A stretch of DNA of 64,000 nucleotides from Terrimicrobiaceae bacterium (GTDB lineage: Bacteria > Verrucomicrobiota > Verrucomicrobiia > Chthoniobacterales > Terrimicrobiaceae). The stretch covers positions 1 to 64,000 of the forward strand of contig JBGSVZ010000043.1 in NCBI GenBank assembly GCA_041752695.1. The letters are read 5' to 3'. Made by a program: the position numbers and the translations under genes. Under the pieces are notes generated by a model, which saw nothing but the letters and a program-made list of their open reading frames with translations, did no database searches and was not told where the DNA came from. Below are positions 26,700-38,000 of the stretch, piece after piece (the stretch's first letter is position 1; the number at the start of each line of letters is the position of its first letter).

Positions 26700-28601
26700 A
26701 TGAGAAAAGTCCTCCCTTTGATTCTTAGTCTTCTCATCCTGCCACCCCCGGTGCGTGCGGCGGAGGGAAGTGTTCCCCAATGGGCGAAAGAAGCCGTTTG
26801 GTATCAAATTTTCCCGGAGCGTTTTCGGGACGGCGATCCCGGAAATAATCCGGGTCGTTCGTCGCTGGAATGGCCCATCATTCCCTCCGAACGGTGGAAG
26901 ATTTCCAAGTGGACGGGAGATTGGTATGCCCGGGATGAGTGGGAGAACGAGCTGGATCGGACGGCAAACCAGGATCCATCGCCGGCTTTTTATAAGGGGG
27001 GTGTCTTTAACCGGCGCTACGGAGGCGACCTGCAGGGGGTGATTGATAAACTCGATTATCTGGCGGATCTCGGCATCAACAGCATCTATTTCAACCCCGT
27101 TTTTTATGCACGTTCGATGCATAAGTATGATGGCAACAGCTTTCATCATGTGGACCCGTATTTGGGGCCGGACCCTCAGGGGGACTTTGCGCTGATGGAC
27201 AAAGAGACGGCGGATCCGTCCACCTGGCAATGGACGTCGGCCGATCGCTTGTTTCTCGAGTTGATCAAGAAAGCCCGCGCACGCGGCATCAGGGTTGTGA
27301 TTGACGGGGTATTTAATCACACGGGGCGCGACTTTTTTGCCTTCCAGGACCTGCGCAAGAATCAGGAAAAGTCGGCCTACCGGGATTGGTATCAGGTGGA
27401 TTCCTTTGACCAGCCGGACACCTCCCGCAATGAGTTTGCCTACCGCGGGTGGTGGGGACACAAGACCTTGCCGATTTTTGCCGCCACGCCGGACGGAAAG
27501 GACATGGCTGCCGGCCCCAAGGCGTATGTCTTCGACGCGACGAAACGCTGGATGGATCCCAATGGTGATGGGAACCCAGAGGATGGGATCGACGGGTGGC
27601 GACTCGATGTCGCCGACGAGCGACCGGCGAAGTTTTGGGCGGACTGGAACGCGTTGGTCCTCTCGATCAACCCTCAGGCTTATACAACGGCCGAGGTGTG
27701 GAGCAGCCCTCTCGAACTCATCAAACACGGGAACTTTTCTGCCTCGATGAACTACTACGGGTTCGCTTATCCCGTGAAAGGTTTCCTCGTGGATCGCAAC
27801 GTGCCTCCGTCGAAATTTTCCGAATTGCTCGACGAGCGGCGCAAGGCTCTCCCGACCGCAACGGCTTATGGCATGCAGAACCTGATGGACTCGCATGATA
27901 CCGACCGACTGGCTTCGATGATCGTGAATGGCGAGGGCACGGTTTATCCCGATCCTAACCAGATTGAGTTCAGTGCCAATAATAGCGCACGCATTTCGAA
28001 GACCTATAAAATTCGCAAACCCGACGACCGCGAACGGGAGATCCAACGGCTGGTGGTCCTGTTTCAAATGACCTACGTAGGCGCGCCGATGATCTATTAT
28101 GGGACCGAGGCCGGAATGTGGGGGGGGAACGATCCTGACGTCCGCATGCCGATGATCTGGGCGGACTTGACGTATGATCCCCAGGCGATCGACCCGCGGG
28201 GAGGGGCTCGCAAACCGGACGCGGTGAAATTTGATGAGTCGCTATTTGCATTTAACAAATCGGCCATCGCCCTCCGCCGGGCGAACCCCGCGTTGAACTC
28301 CGGCGAATACGCCGCTCTGGGTGCCTTCGATGATAAGAACACTTTTGTTTTTCTGCGCTCTTCGGAAGGCCAGGCGCTGGTGGTGGCTCTGAACCGGAGT
28401 GATTCCGCGCAAACTGTGGAGGTCCAGGTTCCCGCCGGGGCGTCCGGACTTTTGGCGGGTGCCGGGGAATTGTTTTCGACCCGTCCGGGCTCCCGCGGAG
28501 TGGCGGGTGCTGTCAGCGGGGACCGGATGAAAATATCCCTGCCCCCGTTGACCGGGGCGGTTTTTGGCGCGCCCGCCAAGCCGGTGGCTCAGGTACCTTG
28601 A
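26700..28601 (+). CDS. Exported GH13 glycoside hydrolase (neopullulanase/cyclomaltodextrinase-like)
   Basis: Signal peptide; WYQIFPERF, GGDLQG, DGVFNH, DGWRLDVA, AEVW and DSHD catalytic regions. Confidence 0.92.
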   Translation: MRKVLPLILSLLILPPPVRAAEGSVPQWAKEAVWYQIFPERFRDGDPGNNPGRSSLEWPIIPSERWKISKWTGDWYARDEWENELDRTANQDPSPAFYKGGVFNRRYGGDLQGVIDKLDYLADLGINSIYFNPVFYARSMHKYDGNSFHHVDPYLGPDPQGDFALMDKETADPSTWQWTSADRLFLELIKKARARGIRVVIDGVFNHTGRDFFAFQDLRKNQEKSAYRDWYQVDSFDQPDTSRNEFAYRGWWGHKTLPIFAATPDGKDMAAGPKAYVFDATKRWMDPNGDGNPEDGIDGWRLDVADERPAKFWADWNALVLSINPQAYTTAEVWSSPLELIKHGNFSASMNYYGFAYPVKGFLVDRNVPPSKFSELLDERRKALPTATAYGMQNLMDSHDTDRLASMIVNGEGTVYPDPNQIEFSANNSARISKTYKIRKPDDREREIQRLVVLFQMTYVGAPMIYYGTEAGMWGGNDPDVRMPMIWADLTYDPQAIDPRGGARKPDAVKFDESLFAFNKSAIALRRANPALNSGEYAALGAFDDKNTFVFLRSSEGQALVVALNRSDSAQTVEVQVPAGASGLLAGAGELFSTRPGSRGVAGAVSGDRMKISLPPLTGAVFGAPAKPVAQVP

Positions 28602-28631
28602 CCATCCTCTGAAAGACTTCTTTACCCTCCT

Positions 28632-29951
28632 ATGAACACTAAACCGCAGTTAAGTTTTTGGGCGATCTGGAACATGAGCTTTGGATTCTTCGGGATCCAA
28701 TTCGGCTGGGGGCTCCAGATGGCAAACATGTCTTCGATCTATCAGATGCTGGGCGCGGAGGAGTCGCAGTTGCCGCTGCTCTGGCTGGCCGCGCCGGTGA
28801 CCGGGTTTGTCGTGCAGCCTATCATTGGCTATCTGAGCGACCGCACCTGGTGCGGACTCGGGCGGCGGCGACCGTACTTTTTGGGAGGGGCTCTGCTGGC
28901 TTCCGTGGCGTTGGTTTTTATGCCGAACTCTTCGACGCTCTGGATGGCGGCTGGGTTGCTCTGGGTGCTTGATGCCTCGGTCAATATTAGCATGGAGCCC
29001 TTCCGGGCCTTCGTGGCCGACATGCTGCCGGAGAATCAACGCAAGCAGGGCTTTGCGCTTCAGAGTGTTTTTATCGGACTGGGCGCGGTGCTGGCCTCGG
29101 CAATGCCTTTTATTTTGACCGAAAAATTCGGGGTGCCGGGCACGGCGCCGGAGGGCCAGATTCCCCCTGCGGTGCATTACGCCTTCTACACCGGCGCGGG
29201 GGCGTTTCTGCTCGCCGTACTCTGGACGGTTTTCACCACCAAGGAATACCCCCCGGAGGATCTGGCGGCGTTTGAGCGGATGAAGGCGGAGCACGCGGGA
29301 GTCGGTGGGTTTTTTAAGGAGTTTTTTCACGGGCTGAAAACGATGCCCCCCACGATGCGGCAGCTGGCGCTGGTTCAGTTTTTCACCTGGACCGGACTCT
29401 TTTGTATGTGGATCTATTTTTCGCCGGCGATCGCCGCCCGTGTGTTTGGCGCGGTGGACGACACGCCGGAATACGCGGGTTTGGTGGCGCGGGCGGGCCA
29501 GTGGACGGGCGTTTGTTTCTCGGTTTACAACGCGGTTTGTTTTGTTTTCTCGTTCCTCCTGCTGGCCCTCTCGCGCGAGTTTTCCGCGAAGGCCATCCAT
29601 ATTGGCTGTCTGGTGCTGGGTGGATTGGGCCTCATCTCGGTGGCGGCCATCTCCAGCCGCGAGCTCCTGCTGGTTTCGATGGTCGGCGTCGGCATCGCCT
29701 GGGCCTCCATCCTTTCGATGCCTTACGCCATGCTGGCCAACTGCCTGCCGGCCGACAAAATGGGGTTCTACATGGGGGTCTTCAATTTCTTCATTGTTCT
29801 CCCGCAGATCGCGGTTGCTCTCGGGCTCGGGGAAATCCTGCTGCACTTTCCTGATGTGGACTCGATTTACGTCGTGATGGGCGGTGGCGCCAGCATGATC
29901 CTGGCGGCAGTGCTGACTTTGCGCGTGCAGTCGGCGGAGGACCGGGGATAG
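28632..29951 (+). CDS. MFS sugar (maltose/maltodextrin-type) transporter
   Basis: WNMSFGFFGIQFGW, SDRTW..GRRRPY and GVFNFFIVLPQI motifs; about 12 TM helices. Confidence 0.9.
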   Translation: MNTKPQLSFWAIWNMSFGFFGIQFGWGLQMANMSSIYQMLGAEESQLPLLWLAAPVTGFVVQPIIGYLSDRTWCGLGRRRPYFLGGALLASVALVFMPNSSTLWMAAGLLWVLDASVNISMEPFRAFVADMLPENQRKQGFALQSVFIGLGAVLASAMPFILTEKFGVPGTAPEGQIPPAVHYAFYTGAGAFLLAVLWTVFTTKEYPPEDLAAFERMKAEHAGVGGFFKEFFHGLKTMPPTMRQLALVQFFTWTGLFCMWIYFSPAIAARVFGAVDDTPEYAGLVARAGQWTGVCFSVYNAVCFVFSFLLLALSREFSAKAIHIGCLVLGGLGLISVAAISSRELLLVSMVGVGIAWASILSMPYAMLANCLPADKMGFYMGVFNFFIVLPQIAVALGLGEILLHFPDVDSIYVVMGGGASMILAAVLTLRVQSAEDRG

Positions 29952-30114
29952 GGCGCGCTGAGGGCGCCCCGACACAGTCCGGCGGCTGCACTCGCGAAAC
30001 GAAGTTCCCGGCGCCCTCTTTCCTCTCCGTAGTTCAACTGTTCAAGGGAAAACTCATCGGCAGGGTTGTTGTGCTGGTTTTTTCTGCTTACTCTTTCGGA
30101 GTTCCCCTTCGCTT

Positions 30115-30711
30115 ATGAGCAACAAGAATCGGCTCGCCTTCACTCTGATCGAACTTTTGGTGGTGATCGCGATCATTGGCATTTTGATGGCTTTGCTTTT
30201 CCCGGTGGTGGGTGGCGCTTTGGAGGCGGCCCGGAGGGCGAAAGCGAAAAACGATGTCGTGCAGCTCGCGATTGCGGTGAAGGCGTATCAGACGGAGTAT
30301 GGGAAACTACCGACGCAGGTGGTGTCGTTTGATGACGGACCAGAGGCGGGTCAGGGGTGGTTTCAGGGCAACAACGACGAGATTCTGCGCGTTTTGACCG
30401 GAGAAAATTTCGATAACTTAAACCCGCGGAAGATTGTGTTTTTGGAGGTTCGACCCGCGAAGGGTTCGGCTGCTACGCCAAAAGACGGGTTGTCCGCCGA
30501 TGGCAAGTTTTACGACCCATGGGGCACTCCCTATGCGATTAAATTGGATACCAGCTACAATAACGCATTGGAGTATTACGGGGTAAATTATGAAAACAAT
30601 TTTCGGACAACCGTGATTTCCGTGAGTTTCGGGAAAAATAAGATTCAGCAGGACCCAGGGAAGTCGACGGATAAAGGCGAACGGGTGGATGACGTGGTGA
30701 GTTTCCAGTGA
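30115..30711 (+). CDS. Prepilin-type cleavage/methylation domain protein (GspG-like pseudopilin)
   Basis: LA-FTLIELLVVIAIIGIL, EYGKLP and DPWGTPY motifs. Confidence 0.9.
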   Translation: MSNKNRLAFTLIELLVVIAIIGILMALLFPVVGGALEAARRAKAKNDVVQLAIAVKAYQTEYGKLPTQVVSFDDGPEAGQGWFQGNNDEILRVLTGENFDNLNPRKIVFLEVRPAKGSAATPKDGLSADGKFYDPWGTPYAIKLDTSYNNALEYYGVNYENNFRTTVISVSFGKNKIQQDPGKSTDKGERVDDVVSFQ

Positions 30712-30795
30712 CGGGCGTGGTACAGGGGGCGAGTCAGGCCACTGCACCCAGAAGCTTTTGATCAGGCACCGCGATCGGCCGAGCCCCCGCCGCCG

Positions 30796-31869
30796 CTAGC
30801 GTATTGCGCTCCTGCGTTTCTGGCGGGATTTGGATTCGGGGGAAACCTTCCGTAATGTTGACCCCGGCACCCATTCGCTTTCGATCATCATACATTTGGG
30901 GTGGGTGGGGATGCCGAATTCGTTGCGGTGGAGTTGGCCAGCGACCAGATCCATGGCAAAGGCGCCGACGAGGTCGTTGCACTGATTCATGCCGCTCCAT
31001 CCGGCGAGCTCTGGGGTGAGGTCGAGGTGGACCAGTCCGATTTCCTTGGGGCAGGAGAGGCCGAGGTGATCCACCCAGTCGCGAACTTCCGGGTGGGTGC
31101 AGACGAGCACGTCGGGACGGTATCGCTTCATCCACTCGTCAAAAGCCGCTTCGCCATCGGGCTGAAATTCGAGGAGGGGAATGCGGTGGCTGGAGTCTTC
31201 AAACGTACTCCCGGCGTGAAATCCCGCGCTGAATCGGTGGTCGATGTTGGCTTCAATCGCGGATTCGATCACCAGTCCTGGACGCCGATACCCAAGTTTT
31301 TTCAATTCCCGGGCGGTATAGAGCGCGGTAGAAAATTGATCGTTGCAGGCAAAGTGGAGGGCGGGTTGTTCGGGTCGGATCCCGACGACCACGCAGGAAA
31401 GTTCCTGCCAGAGGGGGTCAAACTCCGGGGGCAGCTCGCGATGATCGTGCACGGCGGCGATAACGACGCCGCGGATGTTGCGTGCACGGAGGATCTGTCG
31501 CAAACGTTCGGGTCCGATCCCCGGTTCGTGGAGCCAAAACTCATCGGTGCTGTAGCCTAATTCGCTGGAGCGTGCGACCAAGCCGGTGATCCAGGCGCGG
31601 AAGGTGTGGTTGGTCTGAAGGCTGTCGCGGGAGTTCGAAGCGTTCAAAATCCCGATGGTCGACTTGAACTTGGGGTTCCGGCTGGCCCGGAGCTGGGCCA
31701 TTAGATTGGAGACGACGGCGTTGGCCCGGTATCCCATGCGCGAGGCGACTTCCTGGATGTGCTGCCGGGTTTCCAGGCGCAGGCGGGGGTCGTTGCGCAA
31801 CGCAAGGGAGACGGTCGCTTTGCCGACTCCCGCTTCGCGGGCGATTTCGGTCATGCTCGGGGTGGGCAT
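30796..31869 (-). CDS. LacI-family transcriptional regulator
   Basis: HTH SMTEIAREAGVGKATVSLALR..MGYRAN plus a sugar-binding domain; start at MPTPS. Confidence 0.92.
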   Translation of the reverse strand: MPTPSMTEIAREAGVGKATVSLALRNDPRLRLETRQHIQEVASRMGYRANAVVSNLMAQLRASRNPKFKSTIGILNASNSRDSLQTNHTFRAWITGLVARSSELGYSTDEFWLHEPGIGPERLRQILRARNIRGVVIAAVHDHRELPPEFDPLWQELSCVVVGIRPEQPALHFACNDQFSTALYTARELKKLGYRRPGLVIESAIEANIDHRFSAGFHAGSTFEDSSHRIPLLEFQPDGEAAFDEWMKRYRPDVLVCTHPEVRDWVDHLGLSCPKEIGLVHLDLTPELAGWSGMNQCNDLVGAFAMDLVAGQLHRNEFGIPTHPKCMMIESEWVPGSTLRKVSPESKSRQKRRSAIR

Positions 31870-31987
31870 AAAGGGGGTAGGATTTTGAACTGTATAATGA
31901 GATTGCCTTTGTGCCAGCACGGAATGCCCGATATTTTGCGGAATGAGAGGAGCGCCACAATTCGGGCGGAGCTGAACGCTGCTGGAA

Positions 31988-31999
31988 AACCGGTTGCAT
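31988..31999. promoter_or_regulatory. Candidate LacI-family operator AACCGGTTGCAT
   Basis: Lies between lacI and the giant amylase gene; reverse complement of 26523-26534. Confidence 0.55.
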
Positions 32000-32043
32000 T
32001 CGGGTCGGTTTGAGTCGTTCGTTCCCGCCAATCCCCGGAATCC

Positions 32044-35000
32044 ATGACCGCCCGCCCCGCAACCTGTTTGACAGGAGTTCTTGCCGCGCTTTTTGCGCTG
32101 CTGGGCGGCTGCGTGCAGGCGAGGGCGGAGGCGATGCTGCAGTATTTCAACACCAGCTGGGCGGAGATCACCAAGAAGATGCCCGAGTTGGCCGAGGCGG
32201 GGTATTCCTCGTTGTGGCTGCCGCCGCCCACGAAGGGCAGTGGTGGGTTGTCGGTTGGTTACGATTTGTGGGACCCCTTCGATCTGGGAGGGAAAAACCA
32301 GAGGAATACCGTGCGGACACGCTACGGCACGGAAGCGGAGTTGCTTCAGCTGATGGAAACGGCACATCGTTTCGGAATCCGGGTGTACTTTGACAACATC
32401 ATGAACCATCGGGCCTTCGACGTGCCTGGTTACAATGAGAATACGGGGATTAACATTTACCCCGGGATGGTGCCCGAGGATTTTCACCTCCGGGTGACAG
32501 AGGATGGATTCTATCGCAAGTGGGATAACACGCGGGATTGGGGTTCGGCTTGGCAGGTGCAAAATCTCGGGCTGGCGGATTTGATTGATATTGCCCACGA
32601 AACCCCGAATGCCAATTTCGGCAAAACGGAGGGTTCCACCCATCCGAAATATTCCTTCGTCCGGCATCCCAACAATCCGGAGTATTATTGTTACGACAGC
32701 GCGGGGAACTATGTGGGGTTTGGCAATGTGACGCTGGCGGATTTGACCTCAAATCCGGCGGCCTTTAAGGAAGACGTCGGGGCCTATTTGATTCGGGCGG
32801 CGCGCTGGCTCATGGCCTACACGCGTGCGGATGGGCTTCGGCTTGATGCCGTCAAGCACGTGCCGGATTACTTCTTCGGGCAGCAAAGCGGGGCGGGAAA
32901 GGATAACAGTGACGCCGGCTATCTGGGCGGGGTTCAGCGGCAGTTTAACATCACCCGGGGGTTCTCCGATACCAACCACCGGGATTCGGTTTTCGACACG
33001 GAGAAGGGCCGCGACGACGCCATGGTTTTCGGGGAACATCTGGGTTCACCGCCCGGCTATTCCGGGTATTGGGATTCGGGCATGCGGCTCGTCGATAATG
33101 ACCTGCGATCGAAACTCAATGGCGTGTTGGGGAGCCCGTGGGGCACTTTGGCGGGGCTGGACAGCCCGGGTTCAGGCGGATTTTCCTCCACGCTTGGGGT
33201 GATGCATGCCAACAGCCACGACAGTGACTATTCGGCCATGCGCCAACTCCAGCACGCGATCTACTACACCCGGGAGGGATTGGGGCTCGTGTACACGGAT
33301 GGGTATTATCAAGCGGAAACGCTGGGCGAGTCGGGTGGGGCGTTTCCCCGGCACGCCAATACAGCGTTTCTTGGGCAGTTTGGCGATTCCCGGATTCCGA
33401 ATCTCCTGAAGATTCACCAGGACTTTGCGCGGGGCTTCCAGGTCGGGCTCTGGGGCGACAGCGATTTTCTTGCTTATGAGCGCCGCGACAATCGAAACCC
33501 CGATGGCTCAACCCGCGTGGGCACTGCCGCTGACGAGGTGACGATGGTGGTGATGATGAACGACAACAACGCGTCCGGACAGGCGAGGTCGTTTTCTTCC
33601 AGCTTTCCCGCCGGAGCCTACCTTTACCAATATGCGACCGGTCCGAATGGATCGAATCAGGTTGGGTTTTATAAGTTCGGCAGTGAGTTGGGTTCGGTGG
33701 TCGTGCCCCCCGGCGGGTATTTTGTTTTCGGCTACCGCACTCCTGAGCTATCGACGCTCTGGCCGGAATCCGCCGTTTCGCTTTATCAAAACGGGGAGGA
33801 GGTGCCACGGATCACGGTAAACCGGAAGGATGGTCCCGACGGCGATGAGGAATTCAACCCTTATGGCTTAGCCAACCGTGGGTATCCCGTGGGTGAGACA
33901 CCCGCCCCCTATACCTATCAGATGTCGATCCCGGTCGTGAAATCCGGCTCCCCCCTCACCATCATTGCCCGGGCCGATGGATCGGCGGAAAACATCCTGC
34001 TCAAACTCGATGGCGGGGTGGATCTCAACGGGACGGTGCCTTCCGGAATCACGGATCCCACCAAGCGTGACAATCCGCCGGCAGTGCGCTCCGACACATG
34101 GGTCGGCTACGAACAACCGATTTACGCGGATCGTCAGCATCCGGAGCTTTTTGCCGCGCAAGTCACCGGAGCCCGCGACATCACGGGTTCGGTTGGCGCG
34201 GAAACCTTCACCTCCAGCGGGGTGCTGAACCAGGGGGCCGGCCCGCGAACCGTGGGCGCGAACACGGCCGCCTACATTTATCACGATCCGGCGGCATCGG
34301 TTGATGGATTCGGGTTCAACCAATACGACGCGGCGACCCGCAAGCTCTGGGCCAAGGTCAATTCGGTGGGGGCGGGCTACAAGATGTTTGTCTATTACAC
34401 GACGGACGCCTCGTATTTTCCCGAGGGCGCGGGCGGGATTGGTCGGGGAAAAACCAGGGCGGTCGAAATGAATTACCAAGCTGCCCAGAGCGGGGGGAAC
34501 GTGAATTGGTGGGCCAGTGTCACCATGCCGGAGGACTTCCTGCCCGGGACGAGTCGTTATAAAATCGGGGTGTTCAAAACCGGCGCCGCCTCCTGGTGGC
34601 CGGGGAATCAGGCTGCGGTGGATTACAAAAAGCAGATGCTGACGACGTTCAAGGTCGAGAATTGGAATCCCGCGACCGTGGCCTATCATCTGCACGCGGA
34701 TTATAATTCCCTGACCACCGGATTGCGGGAAGGGTTTCATGTTATCCGGGCGAAGGCTCTCCTGCCGAAGGGAGCCGGGGGACGCAGTCTCGGGGCGGCC
34801 GATCTTTACCAGACCCTCACCCAGACGTTTTATTACGACATCGAAACGCCGCAGGGCGAAGTGGCTTTCCCGCAAAACGACGGCGACACGGTGGGAGGGT
34901 CCAGCTACGAGATGGTGATCCGCACCGATCCGACGGTTCAGGAAGTCTGGTACAACATCGCGGACAGCGAGGCCGGCAACAATGACAGTGCCACCCTCCA

Positions 35001-38000
35001 GCTCAATGGCAACGGTGACGGCTTCGAGCCATTCATTGATGCCAATCAAAATGGCACCCGAGAATCCGGTGAGGACTTCACCGACCTCGACGGCGACGGT
35101 CTGTATGATGCCGCCACGGCGGTTGCGTGGGCGAGTGCGACGGAGGTCACGGCCAATCCTGCGGTGACCAGCGCGTATCAAAAGGAGTGGCGTATTCGCT
35201 ATACCAACATTCCTGCTTCCGGCAGCGCCGCGCTCACCTTCCGCCTGCTCGAAGCCTCTTCCTCACGTAATTTTTCGCTCTCGCCCGCGGCGGGACATTA
35301 TACCGAGGTGGTTCGTACGGTCCAAACGGCGGGTCCGCTGGAGCGGATCAATGTCGCCTGGCCGCAGAGCGACGGGGATCGGGTGGACGACACTTACACG
35401 ATGAAGGTCTACTTCTCGAAGGTGCTTGCGGCCGGGTTGAGTGAGGCCGATTTGAAAAACGGCTTCACTGTCTCGGCCAATTCCGTGGTTCAGAGCCGGA
35501 GTGGATTCTCCATCAACTACGGCAGCTTTGGCTCCGGCGGCGCCTATCACGAACTCTCGATTCCTCTGCCCAACCTTTACAACGACATCGATGATTACTT
35601 GCATGAACTGAAGGTCGAATATCGCTTCCCGGAGCCGGACAATCGGCTGCTGACCGCCTTGCGGACGGTCAAGGCCGCGCCGAGCACCAAACCATTCGTC
35701 ACCATCACCCAGCCGGCGGAACTGGGCTCGGATGGCAAACCGGTCGAAATTGTCATTCCCGATACCCCGGGCCCCGATTCGACAATCTACACGGTTCGGG
35801 TTAATACCAGTGCTTCGGTTGCCAGCCTTTCGCTAAGCGGTGCTCCCGCCATCGAGCTCCTGAATGAGATCTACACCGACGGCAACAGCAACGGGAAGTT
35901 CGACGGGGAGGAGGCCTACACGGACACAAATGCGAACCTGCAATACGATGTCGGCGAGCCCTTCACGGATGGGGATTCGGACAATACTTGGGACGCCAAC
36001 GAGCAGCCATCTCTGGTCGATGCCAATGCCAACCGAACCTGGGATGGCCCGACGGTCACGCTGACGGGAAACACCAAGATCTGGGATTTTCCCTGGCGGA
36101 TCACCGCCCCTGGATCCTACCTTCTCACCGTCACCACGGGCGGAGCCGAGCCGGTGGTCACGACCCGGAGCGCGCGGGTGGTTTTGCGGGAAACCGTCAT
36201 CACCGATACTGACGAATACAACGACGATGATGATGATGGATTGGTGGACATCAACGAGACCAACCCGCAAGTGCTTCCGACCGGTAATGCGGAGACTTGG
36301 ACAAACGGTGATGTCCATGTGTACAACGCCTTCGGACGGAGCCTGCCCAATACCCCGGATGCCGACGGTGATGGACTTCCTGATGGTCTGGAGGTCGGCT
36401 GGCGCACGGCGGTGAATCCTCCGACGGACCCCCTCGCGGACACCAACGCGGACGGTTTTAAAAACTTCCTCGGGGATCTGGATCCTCCGCTTTACGCCGT
36501 GCTGGAAAATCATGGTTATGTTCCGGGAGTGGGTTCCGCCAGCCAGGGAGACAGTCGGACGCGTCAGGCGGCCGGAACGGTGACCGACCCGACCAATCCC
36601 GACACCGATGGCGACGGCCTTCTCGATGGTCTTGAGGATGGCAATCGCAATGGGTGGACCGATGGTGATGGAAAAACCCTGCCGCTCACTGCGGCTCGGC
36701 CTGCGTATGCCACAGCCCGTCCCAATGCAGGAGACTGGCCGGACAACGTGATTGATTCTTTCGAGACCTGGACCGAGACCAGTCCGACTAAAGCCGACTC
36801 CGATACCGACGGGCTGAACGACGGGTATGGGGAGGATCAAAATTTCAATGGGGTGATCGATGGCGATGCCGATGGCGATCGGGTTTACGATGCCGGCGAA
36901 GCTTGGACGGAGACGAATCCCCTCAAGGCCGATACCGACGGCGACGGACTGCCCGACGGGTGGGAGGTTCAATATGGACTTGATCCGCTCGACAACGGGA
37001 CGGATAGCTTCCGGACTGCGACCGCGGCGGATGGAGTGGTGCGGGAGGGCGGCGACGGCGACCCGGATGGGGACGGTTTTGACAATGCCGAGGAGCTCTT
37101 CAATGGCACCAATCCGACGCAGACTACGGTCATTGGCTCCGGTGGGGGGGAAGGCACCATTAATATCGGAAAGTTCACCGACTGGAAACACACCGACCTC
37201 CTTGTCCTGGACGAGTACAACGAAGGCGGCAGCCAGGGGGCGGATGTGTATCGCACGAACAGCTATGATTCCTCCCGGGACATCGTGGCGTTTTCGTTCC
37301 GCGACGGCGGTGCGACAGAAGCGAACGGCGATGGCAAAGTGTATTTCCGTATCGATTTTCTGGATCTCGTCGCTTATGCCGAGCAGGGCGAGCTTGATGC
37401 CTACATCGTGATCGATACGGGTAATCCTGCGGTGGGCGAGCGTGCGCTGCCCGACAGCGTTGATCTTGCGACCGACATGGGCTGGGAAGTGGTGGTCGGC
37501 GCTTATTCGACCAATTCGGGCAGCGTGTCGGTCGATCTTAACCGGTCGAATAATACCACGACGGACGTCCAGGATCCTTATGGCTACGGAGTGGTTCGGC
37601 GTGGCATTGCGGCTAATGGCCTAAACGCCATTGCCTGGTCAAGCCGCTACGACGCGGTCGAGATCGCGGTCGAGCGCCAGGCGCTGATTGATGCCGGATG
37701 GCTTGGCGACCCCGCCAGCTTGAACTTCCAAGTCTTTACCACGCGGGACGGAACCCAAAACAGCCCGCAGGGTCCCGGCGACCTCGGCGGACGAAATGAC
37801 ATCCGAGACACCATCGGCGACGATTGGCTGGCGTCGGATTATTGGAAGGACCAGGACAGGATTCGCCTCACGGGCCAGTTGACTAGCTATTTTGGTCGGT
37901 CCACTGACAACGACCGCGGAAAGTCGGCCAAGGTCATGCTTCTGGCTCACGGGAATCAGGCGATTCAGCCAGCCAGCACGATCCAGTCGCTTGTCCACAA

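Noticed and set aside
30796..32667. 623-aa extended LacI
   Set aside because: The extension is antisense to the amylase gene; the HTH begins at the ATG at 31869.
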